DNA of 64,000 nucleotides, from NCBI GenBank assembly GCA_964397485.1, contig CAYNHT010000002.1, positions 158,061 to 222,060 of the forward strand, written 5' to 3'. This document shows positions 38,914-48,225 of the stretch, one piece after another. The translations under genes and the position numbers were made by a program. The stretch is from an uncultured Muribaculaceae bacterium (GTDB taxonomy: Bacteria; Bacillota_I; Bacilli_A; RF39; UBA660). The notes beneath the pieces are model-generated. The model was not told where the DNA came from. It searched no databases and was given only the letters and a program-made list of their open reading frames with translations. Within the stretch, counting starts at the first letter, position 1. Each line of letters starts with the position of its first letter.

Positions 38914-41634
38914 ATGAAGTTATTTGTAAAATTAAATGTATCTATATTAATAATTCTTATATCTTTTTTTGCGATTTTTGATGTTAATAGTATTAATAAT
39001 CATACTAATACTCAATTAATTGATTTATCTTCAAATGATCCAGTAAAAGTATATCAAGCAGGAAAAGGTAAGTCTAAATATAAAAGTAATGAATTAATAA
39101 TAAATTTCAATGTTGAAGATTATAGTTATCTTGAAGACAAATATAATATAAAAGTTAATGATAAACTTGATAGTGATAATTATTTGATTGAATTTAATCC
39201 TAATGAATATACAATGGAAGAAATATTAATATTAGCTAATAAAGAACCTGGTATTGAATATGCAGAACCTAACTATGTTATGAAATTAGCATATTCACCA
39301 GTTTCTGAACAGTTTTATGATTATCTTTGGGCATTTAAAAACCCAACATACGGTATTAATATTACACCAGTTTGGGATGAAACTTTTGGACGTGATGAAG
39401 TTGTAGTAGCGATTGCTGATTCTGGTATTGATTATACCCACCCTGATTTGATATCTAATATATGGATTAATACTGAGGAAATATTAGGTAATGGTATAGA
39501 TGATGACGGTAATGGATATATAGACGATTATTACGGTTGGAATTTTTATCAAAATAATAATAATGTAATGGATTACAATGGGCATGGTACACATGTAGGG
39601 GGAATAATTGCTGCCGAAATAAATGGGGAAGGAATCGTAGGAACTGCACCTAATGTAAAAATTATGGCCTTAAAAGTTAGTGACATAGAAGGAAATGTAT
39701 ATTTAGATAAAGTTGTTTCTTCAATAAATTATGCGGTCAATAAAGGAGTTAAGATATTTAATTTTTCATTTGGAGGACCTGTCCAATATCAAGCTTTTGG
39801 CAATGCAATTGCTAACACGGATGCTTTGTTTTTATGTGCTGCAGGTAATGATGGTACTAATAACGATATTTTACCTTTCTATCCAGCAAGTTATAACTAT
39901 AATAATATTATTTCAGTTGCTGCTCATAGAGAAACAGGTGTTTTAGCGGACTTTTCTAATTATGGAATCAATTCTGTAGATGTATCTGCTCCTGGCCATA
40001 ATATTTTAAGCACCTATCCGCTATCACTCACACCAGATGGATATTATCCGTATATTTACTTTAATGGGACCTCGATGGCGGCTCCTTATGTATCTGGTTT
40101 AGCTGCTTTACTTTGGAGTCAAAACTCTAATTACAGTGTATCTGAAATACGGAATTATATTTTAAGTAATGTTAAAACGTATGGTTCATTTACAACAAAG
40201 GTATCTACAGGAGGTATTATAGATGCTTCAAAATCATATAGCGCGCTTATAGATTCACTATACGATGGTGGAAGTGGTACGATTGAAGACCCATATCTTA
40301 TCTCCAATGTGGAGCAATTTAATAATATAAGAAATAATTTAGCTGCCTCTTATAGATTAACAAGTAATTTAGATTTTACTTATGATACGACTAATGTTAA
40401 TGGTTTATTTTATAATAATGGTAAAGGTTGGTTACCAATTGGTAATAACGAAAGTAGCAGTAGTGGTTATACTGGTAATGCTTTTAATGGAAATTTTGAT
40501 GGAAATGGATATGTAATAAAGGGTTTGAATATTAATCGTCCGAGTGAATATTATTTAGGATTATTTGGTAATGTTGTTGGAATTGATACAGAGCATTCCA
40601 CGATCAAAAATCTTATCTTAGAAAACGGAAATATTAAAGGTCAAGGATATATAGGTGGATTGATTGGCTATGCACAATATGTTGATATATCAAATGTTGG
40701 GACAAATTTAAATATTATTGCATCAGACATGTATATAGGTGGGGTTGTTGGTTATATAGAGGGCAATATTAATAAATCATATAATACTGCTTTAATCGAA
40801 GCTTCTAGTAAAGCTGGTGGTATAGCCGGATCAATAATGGGTGATATTTATGATACCTTTAATTTAGGGATAATGAATAGGTATAACGATATTAATGTTA
40901 CTGATAGTGGCGGAATCGTTGGTGTATTATCTGGTAGTATGTCAAATTCATATAATTTGGGTATGTTAAGAGACAATAATTTTAAATTTTTTGTTGGACT
41001 TAATAATGGAGGAATTATTGATAATGTTTACTATTATAATCCATATAATTTAAATGAGGATATATATGGTGTACAATTGACGGAATCTGAAATATATGAA
41101 AGTGAAAGTTATATAAACTTTGATTTTGATAATGTATGGCAAATAAACATTAATAGTAAACTGCCAACATTAAGAGGAATGCCTTTTCATCAATTAACTG
41201 ATTATAATGTGGCTGATAAGTTAACTTTGAATATAAAAAAGGACCAGTCTTATAATTTAAATATCACAAATAATCCTAGCTTTAATTTAAGAAAAAATTA
41301 TGTTTACAGTAGTGATGATGAAAATATTGTTACCGTTGATAAAAATGGAAAGATTACACCTATAAAGATAGGGAATGCTGTCATAGAAATATATTCGATT
41401 GAACTGGGCGTTTCTAAATATATAGATGTTGAAGTAAAGATAGTTAAGGGTGATGTAAATAATGACGGTAATGTAACTATTACAGATTTGGTAAAGTTAA
41501 GTCGTCATCTAGCTGGATTAGAAACTATTCAAAGCAACTATTTAGAAAACGCTGATATTAATAATGATGGTAATGTAACTATTACAGATTTAGTAAAACT
41601 AAGTCGTCATCTAGCTGGATTGGAGGGAATATAA
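38914..41634 (+). CDS. Secreted subtilisin-like S8 peptidase with GLUG-type module, Big_2 domain and C-terminal type I dockerin
   Basis: Contains a signal peptide and an I9-like propeptide. Catalytic triad context AIADSGIDYTHPDL / HGTHVGGIIAA / GTSMAAPYVSG. A ~308-aa GLUG-type module spans 40267-41190, followed by an Ig-like Big_2 domain. Two Ca-binding dockerin segments DVNNDGNVTITD and DINNDGNVTITD lie at 41449-41631. Confidence 0.9.
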   Translation: MKLFVKLNVSILIILISFFAIFDVNSINNHTNTQLIDLSSNDPVKVYQAGKGKSKYKSNELIINFNVEDYSYLEDKYNIKVNDKLDSDNYLIEFNPNEYTMEEILILANKEPGIEYAEPNYVMKLAYSPVSEQFYDYLWAFKNPTYGINITPVWDETFGRDEVVVAIADSGIDYTHPDLISNIWINTEEILGNGIDDDGNGYIDDYYGWNFYQNNNNVMDYNGHGTHVGGIIAAEINGEGIVGTAPNVKIMALKVSDIEGNVYLDKVVSSINYAVNKGVKIFNFSFGGPVQYQAFGNAIANTDALFLCAAGNDGTNNDILPFYPASYNYNNIISVAAHRETGVLADFSNYGINSVDVSAPGHNILSTYPLSLTPDGYYPYIYFNGTSMAAPYVSGLAALLWSQNSNYSVSEIRNYILSNVKTYGSFTTKVSTGGIIDASKSYSALIDSLYDGGSGTIEDPYLISNVEQFNNIRNNLAASYRLTSNLDFTYDTTNVNGLFYNNGKGWLPIGNNESSSSGYTGNAFNGNFDGNGYVIKGLNINRPSEYYLGLFGNVVGIDTEHSTIKNLILENGNIKGQGYIGGLIGYAQYVDISNVGTNLNIIASDMYIGGVVGYIEGNINKSYNTALIEASSKAGGIAGSIMGDIYDTFNLGIMNRYNDINVTDSGGIVGVLSGSMSNSYNLGMLRDNNFKFFVGLNNGGIIDNVYYYNPYNLNEDIYGVQLTESEIYESESYINFDFDNVWQININSKLPTLRGMPFHQLTDYNVADKLTLNIKKDQSYNLNITNNPSFNLRKNYVYSSDDENIVTVDKNGKITPIKIGNAVIEIYSIELGVSKYIDVEVKIVKGDVNNDGNVTITDLVKLSRHLAGLETIQSNYLENADINNDGNVTITDLVKLSRHLAGLEGI

Positions 41635-41635
41635 A

Positions 41636-43240
41636 ATGAAAAAGAAATTGATTTATCTGGTACTATTAATGGGATTATTTATTGTGCTTCCTGTTAAGGC
41701 TGCCAATTTTTCAACATCAATAAGTGGGGTTTCTAATATAGCCTTAAACCAACAATTTACTGTTACTTTTAATGTTGTTAATGGAACAAATATTATGGGG
41801 GTTGATGGATTATTAAATTATGATTCTTCCAAACTTACATTAGTGTCATCATCTGGATTAAATGGTTTTACTGTTGTAACGGGAAGTAGGTTAGTTGCAT
41901 ATAAGACAACGGGAAAATCTGGAACTTTTGGGTTTGCTACTTTTACTTTTAAAGCAAAAAGTACTTTTACTGCAGGGCAAAGTACAACAATCTCTTTATC
42001 TGATGTTAAAGGATCTAATGGTAGTGATATAAGTGGTAGTAGTAGTGTAAAAACGATTAAAGTTGTCTCTAGTAATAATAATCTATCATCTTTAAAAATT
42101 GATGGAACAACTATTAGTGGTTTTAGTCCTACCAAGACTTCTTATAGTATAACTGTACCTAACAATAAAAATTCTGTTGCAATTAGTGCTGTAGCTGAAA
42201 GTTCTAGCAGTAACATTATTGGAACTGGCAATAAAAATTTAAATGTTTATGCAAATACTTATAACATTGTAGTTACAGCGGAAAATGGTTCTAAAAAAAC
42301 ATATACTATAACTATATATCGCAAAGATGCGGATGGTTTAACTTCCCCAAAGTCTACAGATAGTACATTGAAAAATTTAAAAGTAACTAATTATGATATT
42401 AAATTTAATTCATCAACAACAAAGTATGACTTGAAAGTAGATAATAATATAACAAATTTAAAGGTTGAAGCATTGTCAAATAGTGATAAAGCTAAGGTTA
42501 CTATAGATAATCCTAGTGAATTAAAAGTGGGTATTAATATTATTAAAATTACTGTACAGGCTGAGGATAATTCGGTAACTGAATATGTGATAAATGTTAC
42601 AAGAAGTGGTGAGGGCCCTACAACGACTTTAGATAAACTGATTGATATAGTAAAAACAACAACGGCAAATACTATAAATGTTGATATAAAAGATAATAAT
42701 ACTGAAATAAGTTCTGATATGTTAAATGAAATAAAAAATAGTCAGAAGCAAGTTATTATAAATCATTATAATTCTAGTGATAACATAACTTACATTTGGA
42801 AAATAAATGGTACTAAGTTGATTAATGACAAAACTATAAATACTAATATAAATTTCACTTCTCCAAATGTAGAGGCTATTAACGAATTGACTAATTATTC
42901 TAATTATCTTATATTAAATTTTGATCATTCAGGTGATTTGCCAGAAAACACAACTGTTACAATATATGTGGGCGATAAATATAAAGATGGTGATGTATTA
43001 AAATTATATTATTATTCATCAGAAGACAATAAGATAGAATTAAATCGTGATAATTTAAAGGTGGAAAATGGTTATGTAGAATTCGAACTAGAACATTGTT
43101 CTGAGTACTTATTGTCAATGGCTAATTTTACGAGAGCTAATATTGAGAGTAATACAACTATATTACTTTTGCAGATAATTCTAGTAATTGAGACAATTTT
43201 TATAGCATACTTACTAATAAAGAAAAAAATAACGGGTTAA
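41636..43240 (+). CDS. Membrane-anchored cohesin-domain protein with two cadherin-like beta-sandwich domains
   Basis: Starts 1 nt after the protease stop and has a signal peptide. The ~130-aa N-terminal domain has a cohesin-like pattern (FTVTFNVVNGTNIMGVDGLLNYDSSKLTLVS...GTFGFATFTFKAKS). Two NLSSLKIDG.../LKNLKVTN... cadherin-like modules follow, then a C-terminal TM helix plus KKKITG. Confidence 0.7.
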   Translation: MKKKLIYLVLLMGLFIVLPVKAANFSTSISGVSNIALNQQFTVTFNVVNGTNIMGVDGLLNYDSSKLTLVSSSGLNGFTVVTGSRLVAYKTTGKSGTFGFATFTFKAKSTFTAGQSTTISLSDVKGSNGSDISGSSSVKTIKVVSSNNNLSSLKIDGTTISGFSPTKTSYSITVPNNKNSVAISAVAESSSSNIIGTGNKNLNVYANTYNIVVTAENGSKKTYTITIYRKDADGLTSPKSTDSTLKNLKVTNYDIKFNSSTTKYDLKVDNNITNLKVEALSNSDKAKVTIDNPSELKVGINIIKITVQAEDNSVTEYVINVTRSGEGPTTTLDKLIDIVKTTTANTINVDIKDNNTEISSDMLNEIKNSQKQVIINHYNSSDNITYIWKINGTKLINDKTINTNINFTSPNVEAINELTNYSNYLILNFDHSGDLPENTTVTIYVGDKYKDGDVLKLYYYSSEDNKIELNRDNLKVENGYVEFELEHCSEYLLSMANFTRANIESNTTILLLQIILVIETIFIAYLLIKKKITG

Positions 43241-43281
43241 ATAATTTCAAACAAAAAAGCTAAAAATAAGATTTAGTTTTT

Positions 43282-43371
43282 TTACCAACCACAATTACAG
43301 AAAATAATTACTAAAAGAATGAAAATAACTATTATAAAACTTGCGTTTGTACCTGATTTACATGGTTTCAT
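43282..43371 (-). CDS. Tiny YjcZ-like membrane peptide (29 aa), not in ORF track
   Basis: Hand translation gives MKPCKSGTNASFIIVIFILLVIIFCNCGW. Strong SD aaaggagag lies 7 nt upstream and a hairpin lies downstream. It is a paralog of the 57888-57977 ORF. Confidence 0.6.
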   Translation of the reverse strand: MKPCKSGTNASFIIVIFILLVIIFCNCGW

Positions 43372-43575
43372 GTAATCTCTCCTTTCAATTCCACTTTAGT
43401 GAAATTAGTGGACTATAATAAATATAATATGAATACATAATTTTTTTGTTCCTTGTTCTAATCTATCTAATATAACATATTAAAATAGAAATAATACGAC
43501 TATATAATAAACCCAGATATTATGAATATAGTAAAAATAATTCTTTTTTTGTTATAATGTTGTTAGGTGATTAAA

Positions 43576-43920
43576 ATGAAAGAATATAACAATATTGATC
43601 AATATATAAGTGTTTTTCCTGAAAATATTCAAATTAAGTTGCAAGAAATTCGAGAAGTTATAAAGAAAAGTGCTCCAGAGGCTATAGAAACTATAAATTA
43701 CCAAATGCCTACATTTAAACTTAATGGTAATTTAGTACATTTTGCTGCGTATAAAAATCATATTGGTTTTTATCCTGGACCTCGTGCTATTGAGGTGTTT
43801 AAAGAAAAATTAAGTAAATATAAAACCACAAAAGGGACTATTCAGTTTCGTTTAGATGAACCGATCCCATTTGAAATAATAGATGAAATAGTTAAATTTC
43901 GAGTTAGCAACAGTAAATAA
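43576..43920 (+). CDS. DUF1801 (YdhG-like) domain protein
   Basis: MKEYNNIDQYISVFPENIQIKLQEIREVIKKSAPEAIETINYQMPTFKLNGNLVHFAAYKNHIGFYP. ATG 43576 follows SD aggtga. Confidence 0.7.
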   Translation: MKEYNNIDQYISVFPENIQIKLQEIREVIKKSAPEAIETINYQMPTFKLNGNLVHFAAYKNHIGFYPGPRAIEVFKEKLSKYKTTKGTIQFRLDEPIPFEIIDEIVKFRVSNSK

Positions 43921-43957
43921 ATGATATTTTGTATGATATAATTAGTATGGTGATACT

Positions 43958-44986
43958 ATGAAGAAAAAAGGTAAAATAGTACGTAATATAGGAATAGTTA
44001 TTTTTTCTATATATGTTATCCCTATGGTTTTCGGATTTTATGCGATGGAATTCCATCCTATTTTTGCGCTTTTGCTGGGTTTTATCGTGGCTTTTTTTAT
44101 GGCATTGATGATTGTTCTATGGATAAAAATGATAATATTTGTATTTACAGAACCAATAAAAAAAGTTAATAAGGTTAGACGATTGCAAGATGCTAAATAT
44201 GTTGAATCTAGCGATTATAAATATGTAAGAAATATACCTAATAATTATAGCCCAGCTTTAGCTAGTTTAATATTAGACCAATCTATTGAAAGTAATAAAG
44301 ATGTAATCGCAACAACTCTTTATTTAATTAACCACGGTTATTTAAAAGAACAAGAGGGCAAGATTGTAGTTACTAATAAGGACAATCGTAATCTAATGTC
44401 TCATGAATTATATTTAATTGGTATTTATGAGAAGAAAAGTGCTTTTTCTCCAATAAAGTGGCGAGATAATATAATTAGTGATGCTAATAATGAGAATTTA
44501 ATAGAAAAAAGACATACATTAGATACTAATGATAAAATAAAATTGGCAGCCAATTTAATACTTCCTATTTTAGTGGTAATTACATTATTCAATTTAATTA
44601 TGTGGTTAATGTCGTTAGAAAACATAATCTTATTTATTCCGTCTTTATTAATTATGATGGCTTTTCCAATGATTGTTTTATCAGTTGTTATATATGATTT
44701 TTTCTATTTTGCCTCATATATAAGTAAGGATATTAAACTAACGAAAACAGGATTGCGTGAACAAGAAAATATGGCTAAGTTTAAGAACTTTTTACAAGAT
44801 TTTTCTAACATTCAAAAAAGGAATACCGAAGAGGTTATTCTTTGGGAAGATTATTTAACATTTGCTGTTGCACTAGATGTTAATAAACAAGTATATTGGG
44901 ACGAAAAATTTAGAAATAAAATCAAAGCAACTAGCAATACTATTCAATTTGAATTTATCAATGAATTAAGTAAATTAGGTAGTTAG
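43958..44986 (+). CDS. Membrane protein, DUF2207-like C-terminal region
   Basis: 342 aa with N-terminal and central TM clusters. The segment YSPALASLILDQSIESNKDVIATTLYLINHGYLK resembles DUF2207 proteins (from memory). Confidence 0.45.
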   Translation: MKKKGKIVRNIGIVIFSIYVIPMVFGFYAMEFHPIFALLLGFIVAFFMALMIVLWIKMIIFVFTEPIKKVNKVRRLQDAKYVESSDYKYVRNIPNNYSPALASLILDQSIESNKDVIATTLYLINHGYLKEQEGKIVVTNKDNRNLMSHELYLIGIYEKKSAFSPIKWRDNIISDANNENLIEKRHTLDTNDKIKLAANLILPILVVITLFNLIMWLMSLENIILFIPSLLIMMAFPMIVLSVVIYDFFYFASYISKDIKLTKTGLREQENMAKFKNFLQDFSNIQKRNTEEVILWEDYLTFAVALDVNKQVYWDEKFRNKIKATSNTIQFEFINELSKLGS

Positions 44987-44997
44987 ATAACTATATG

Positions 44998-45023
44998 ACG
45001 AAACGTTTGTTTCGTTTTTTTTT
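44998..45023 (+). terminator. Intrinsic terminator
   Basis: Stem acgaaac/gtttcgt, loop gttt, then T8. Confidence 0.8.
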
Positions 45024-45077
45024 GTGAAAAAGTAGTCATATTTCTGTGATATAATATATTAAAATGGAGTGGTATTT

Positions 45078-46814
45078 ATGAAATTTATGAAGATGTTTAA
45101 AACTATTTGGAAATATATAAGGCCAGATAAATATAAATTTATCATATTTATTACACTAACTGTTGGACTTACAATTTTATCATTAATATATCCTTACTTA
45201 TATGGTAAGACACTAGAAGCCCTTGTTAATATTGATATGAAGTTATTCATATTTTTTCTCTTACTATCTAATGGGATTGATTTTATTGAAATTATTTTTT
45301 TTCAATATATAAAAGATCGTTTACATGATATACTGGAATTAAATTTTATGAAACGCATTAGTAAAGATTTATACAGCAAGGTTTTAAAAATGCCAGTTAA
45401 AGCCTTTGATGAACATAATGTTGGGGAATATATAAATCGTATTTATAATGACCCTGACAAAATAATTGAACTTATTGGAAGAATAATCAAACTACTTACT
45501 CGGGTATTAAATGCAATATTTATTATAATATTATCCTTTACAATTTCATGGATAATAACAATTGAATTATTATTAATGGTTATCGTTATATACTTTTTAT
45601 CTAAACTATATTATCCAAAGATTAGAAAAAATGAAAAGGAAATGAGAGAGTGTACTGATCAATTTGTCAGTAAATCGACACAGACTTTAATTGGTGTGAG
45701 AGAAGTTAAAGTGCTAGGTTTAAGGAGAGTTGTCAGTGATCTTATTTTTAAAAACATAGATTCTATATATAATAAAAAATTAATAGGTAGAAAATATGAA
45801 GTCGTTTATAATAAAATTATATGGGCAATCTCAGTTATATTTGAAGTTATAATAATTTTTACAGCAGGGTATATGTTCTTTAAGGAACATATATCATTAG
45901 CCCTGTTATTAGCTTTTTATAACTATACTCACCGTGTTTTTGATGTATCTCGAGAGGTATCAGACCTTGGTGTTTTATATCAAAGGGTATTGGTATCAAT
46001 GAATAGAATAATAGAGATTTTGGATAATAAATTATATGATGACGAGGTATATGGTGTAACTAATATAGATTCTATAAATGGTGAAGTCGAATTTAGCAAT
46101 ATCAATTTTGATTATGACGGTACTTCTAAAGTTTTAAAAAACTTAAATATAAAATTTGAAACTGGGAAGAAAATTGCTATTGTTGGAAAAAGTGGAATGG
46201 GAAAATCAACGATATTTAATTTATTACTAAAATTATATGAACCTAAATCAGGTAAAATATTAATAGATGGAATTGATATTAGAGAGATAAACGAGGAAAG
46301 TTTAAGAAAACATATTTCAATCATTAGACAAGAACCATACTTATTTAATATGAGTATTATGGAAAATTTCAAACTCGTAAATCCTGATATAACACTAGAA
46401 GAAGTGCGAAAGCAGTGTGAACAAACATATATTGATGAATATATAATGTCATTACCTAAGCAATACGACACCATAATTGGAGAAGGTGGCATAAATTTAT
46501 CTGGTGGACAGAAACAAAGACTTGCGATTGCTAGAACATTGGATAAAAGATCTAAGATAATTCTTTTTGACGAGGCTACATCAGCTCTAGATAATGAATC
46601 ACAACTTTATATAAAAAAGACAATTGATAGTATGGTAAAGGATCATACAATCATTATTATAGCGCATAGATTATCTACAATTCTTGATGCTGATGTAATA
46701 TTTCTAATTGATGATGGTAAAGTTATAGCTACCGGAACTCATAAGGAACTATTAGAAAAAAGTGAAATATATCGCAATTTATATACTCCTGAACTACTAG
46801 AACTTAATATATAG
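45078..46814 (+). CDS. ABC exporter, fused permease/ATPase (MsbA-like type I exporter)
   Basis: Six-TM N-terminal domain plus an NBD with GKSGMGKST, LSGGQKQR and IILFDEAT. ATG 45078 lies 8 nt after ggag. Confidence 0.9.
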   Translation: MKFMKMFKTIWKYIRPDKYKFIIFITLTVGLTILSLIYPYLYGKTLEALVNIDMKLFIFFLLLSNGIDFIEIIFFQYIKDRLHDILELNFMKRISKDLYSKVLKMPVKAFDEHNVGEYINRIYNDPDKIIELIGRIIKLLTRVLNAIFIIILSFTISWIITIELLLMVIVIYFLSKLYYPKIRKNEKEMRECTDQFVSKSTQTLIGVREVKVLGLRRVVSDLIFKNIDSIYNKKLIGRKYEVVYNKIIWAISVIFEVIIIFTAGYMFFKEHISLALLLAFYNYTHRVFDVSREVSDLGVLYQRVLVSMNRIIEILDNKLYDDEVYGVTNIDSINGEVEFSNINFDYDGTSKVLKNLNIKFETGKKIAIVGKSGMGKSTIFNLLLKLYEPKSGKILIDGIDIREINEESLRKHISIIRQEPYLFNMSIMENFKLVNPDITLEEVRKQCEQTYIDEYIMSLPKQYDTIIGEGGINLSGGQKQRLAIARTLDKRSKIILFDEATSALDNESQLYIKKTIDSMVKDHTIIIIAHRLSTILDADVIFLIDDGKVIATGTHKELLEKSEIYRNLYTPELLELNI

Positions 46815-46842
46815 AAACCTGCAAAAGCGGGTTTTAATTTTA
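46815..46842 (+). terminator. Intrinsic terminator
   Basis: 8-bp stem aaacctgc/gcgggttt (one G-U), loop aaaa, weak T tail. Confidence 0.55.
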
Positions 46843-46931
46843 AATTAAATTGTCTAATTGGTAGTATGTTATAGTTATAAATTGATATTTTGAATATTCT
46901 ACTATAGGTATATAAAAAGGGAGGGGTAATT

Positions 46932-47066
46932 ATGTATCCGTGTGGAGGACCATGTGGGCCTGGTTATGGTTATGGTTATGGCGGTGCAGGAATCATTTGG
47001 ATAGTTATAATAATATTTATCATTTTTGCGCTATTTTGCTTTAATAGACCATTTAGATATGTATAA
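46932..47066 (+). CDS. Tiny Gly/Tyr/Cys-rich YjcZ-like membrane peptide (44 aa), not in ORF track
   Basis: Hand translation gives MYPCGGPCGPGYGYGYGGAGIIWIVIIIFIIFALFCFNRPFRYV. Strong SD aaagggagggg upstream and a perfect terminator 20 nt downstream. Confidence 0.65.
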   Translation: MYPCGGPCGPGYGYGYGGAGIIWIVIIIFIIFALFCFNRPFRYV

Positions 47067-47085
47067 ATTGTAGATAAAATGAATT

Positions 47086-47113
47086 AAAACTTACATGCAT
47101 GTAAGTTTTTTTT
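47086..47113 (+). terminator. Intrinsic terminator
   Basis: Palindrome aaaacttacatg/catgtaagtttt followed by a T run. Confidence 0.8.
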
Positions 47114-47166
47114 ATTTTGTGGTTAAAAAAATAAAATATTGTAATAATAAAAAGGGAGGTGTATTA

Positions 47167-48063
47167 ATGGAGTATACAAGTAGTGATGTAGCTATAACAA
47201 AATGTTTATTTAAAAAAGAAGTTAATGCCGTTTTAGAGGGTTTGGATTTAATAAAAGCCTCATCTTTAATTGAACAAAAAGATACAGTTGTTATTGTTCC
47301 AAATTGGGTAAATAAGGAAAAACCAGATCCAGAATGTGGAGTAATTGTTGGTCCTGATACTCTAGAAGCTATTATTAAATGGGTAAAGAAACTAAATCCT
47401 AAAAGAATAGTAGTGGCTAGTGGTTCTGGAGGCGGCGATACTAAGGAAGTGATGAAAAAAGTAGGTTATGACAAGATAATAAAAAAAACGGGTGTAGAAT
47501 TTATCGACTTAAATAAAGGACCATATGTTGATATAAAATTAGATCACGACTACCCTAGTAAAATAAAAATAAATAAAATTTATAAAGAAATGACTAAATT
47601 AATATCTTTTACTCAATTAAAAGAACATGAAGAGGCAACAATGTCATCTTCTATTAAAAATATCACAATGTCTTTTCCCTCGACTGAAGAGCACGGAACC
47701 CCAAAAAAAGATGGAGGAATTCATAATGACTTGCATGGATTCATTAGAGCAATGGCACAAAAAATTAAAATAGACATATCAATTGTAAGTCTAAATCCGG
47801 TTATGGTCGCAACTGGTCCAACAAAAGGAATTAGTAGACATACTGGATTAGTAATAGTAGGAAATAATCCTATTAGTGTTGATACGGTATGCGCTAGAAT
47901 GTTAGGTTTTAAGACACAAGGTGTTAGATATTTATATGAACTTGAGAAAAGAGGGTTAAAGGAAACGGATATTAATAACATAAACATTTTAGGAATAGAT
48001 CTTATCAAAGCCGAGAAGATATTTACTGATAAAGTTTTTGGCAAAAAAACTTCGGTCGATTAA
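47167..48063 (+). CDS. DUF362-domain protein
   Basis: ATG 47167 follows SD aagggagg. The track start at 47095 lies inside the upstream terminator. The sequence (VVIVPNWVNKEKPDPECGVIVGPDTLEAIIKWV...VASGSGGGDT) resembles DUF362 as I recall it. Confidence 0.6.
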   Translation: MEYTSSDVAITKCLFKKEVNAVLEGLDLIKASSLIEQKDTVVIVPNWVNKEKPDPECGVIVGPDTLEAIIKWVKKLNPKRIVVASGSGGGDTKEVMKKVGYDKIIKKTGVEFIDLNKGPYVDIKLDHDYPSKIKINKIYKEMTKLISFTQLKEHEEATMSSSIKNITMSFPSTEEHGTPKKDGGIHNDLHGFIRAMAQKIKIDISIVSLNPVMVATGPTKGISRHTGLVIVGNNPISVDTVCARMLGFKTQGVRYLYELEKRGLKETDINNINILGIDLIKAEKIFTDKVFGKKTSVD

Positions 48064-48070
48064 TTATATG

Positions 48071-48093
48071 AATCTAGGTGACTAGATTTTTTT
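48071..48093 (+). terminator. Intrinsic terminator
   Basis: Stem aatctag/ctagatt, loop gtga, then T7. Confidence 0.8.
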
Positions 48094-48225
48094 GATTTGT
48101 AACCAAACTGTATAAGCGGGTGGTATTTATGAGTGAAAACATGTTATAATTAGTAAAATCTAAAATATGAGTACTTACGTGCTATATACTGGTTTCAAGA
48201 TGATTGACAGTAAGGGGATGAGTTT

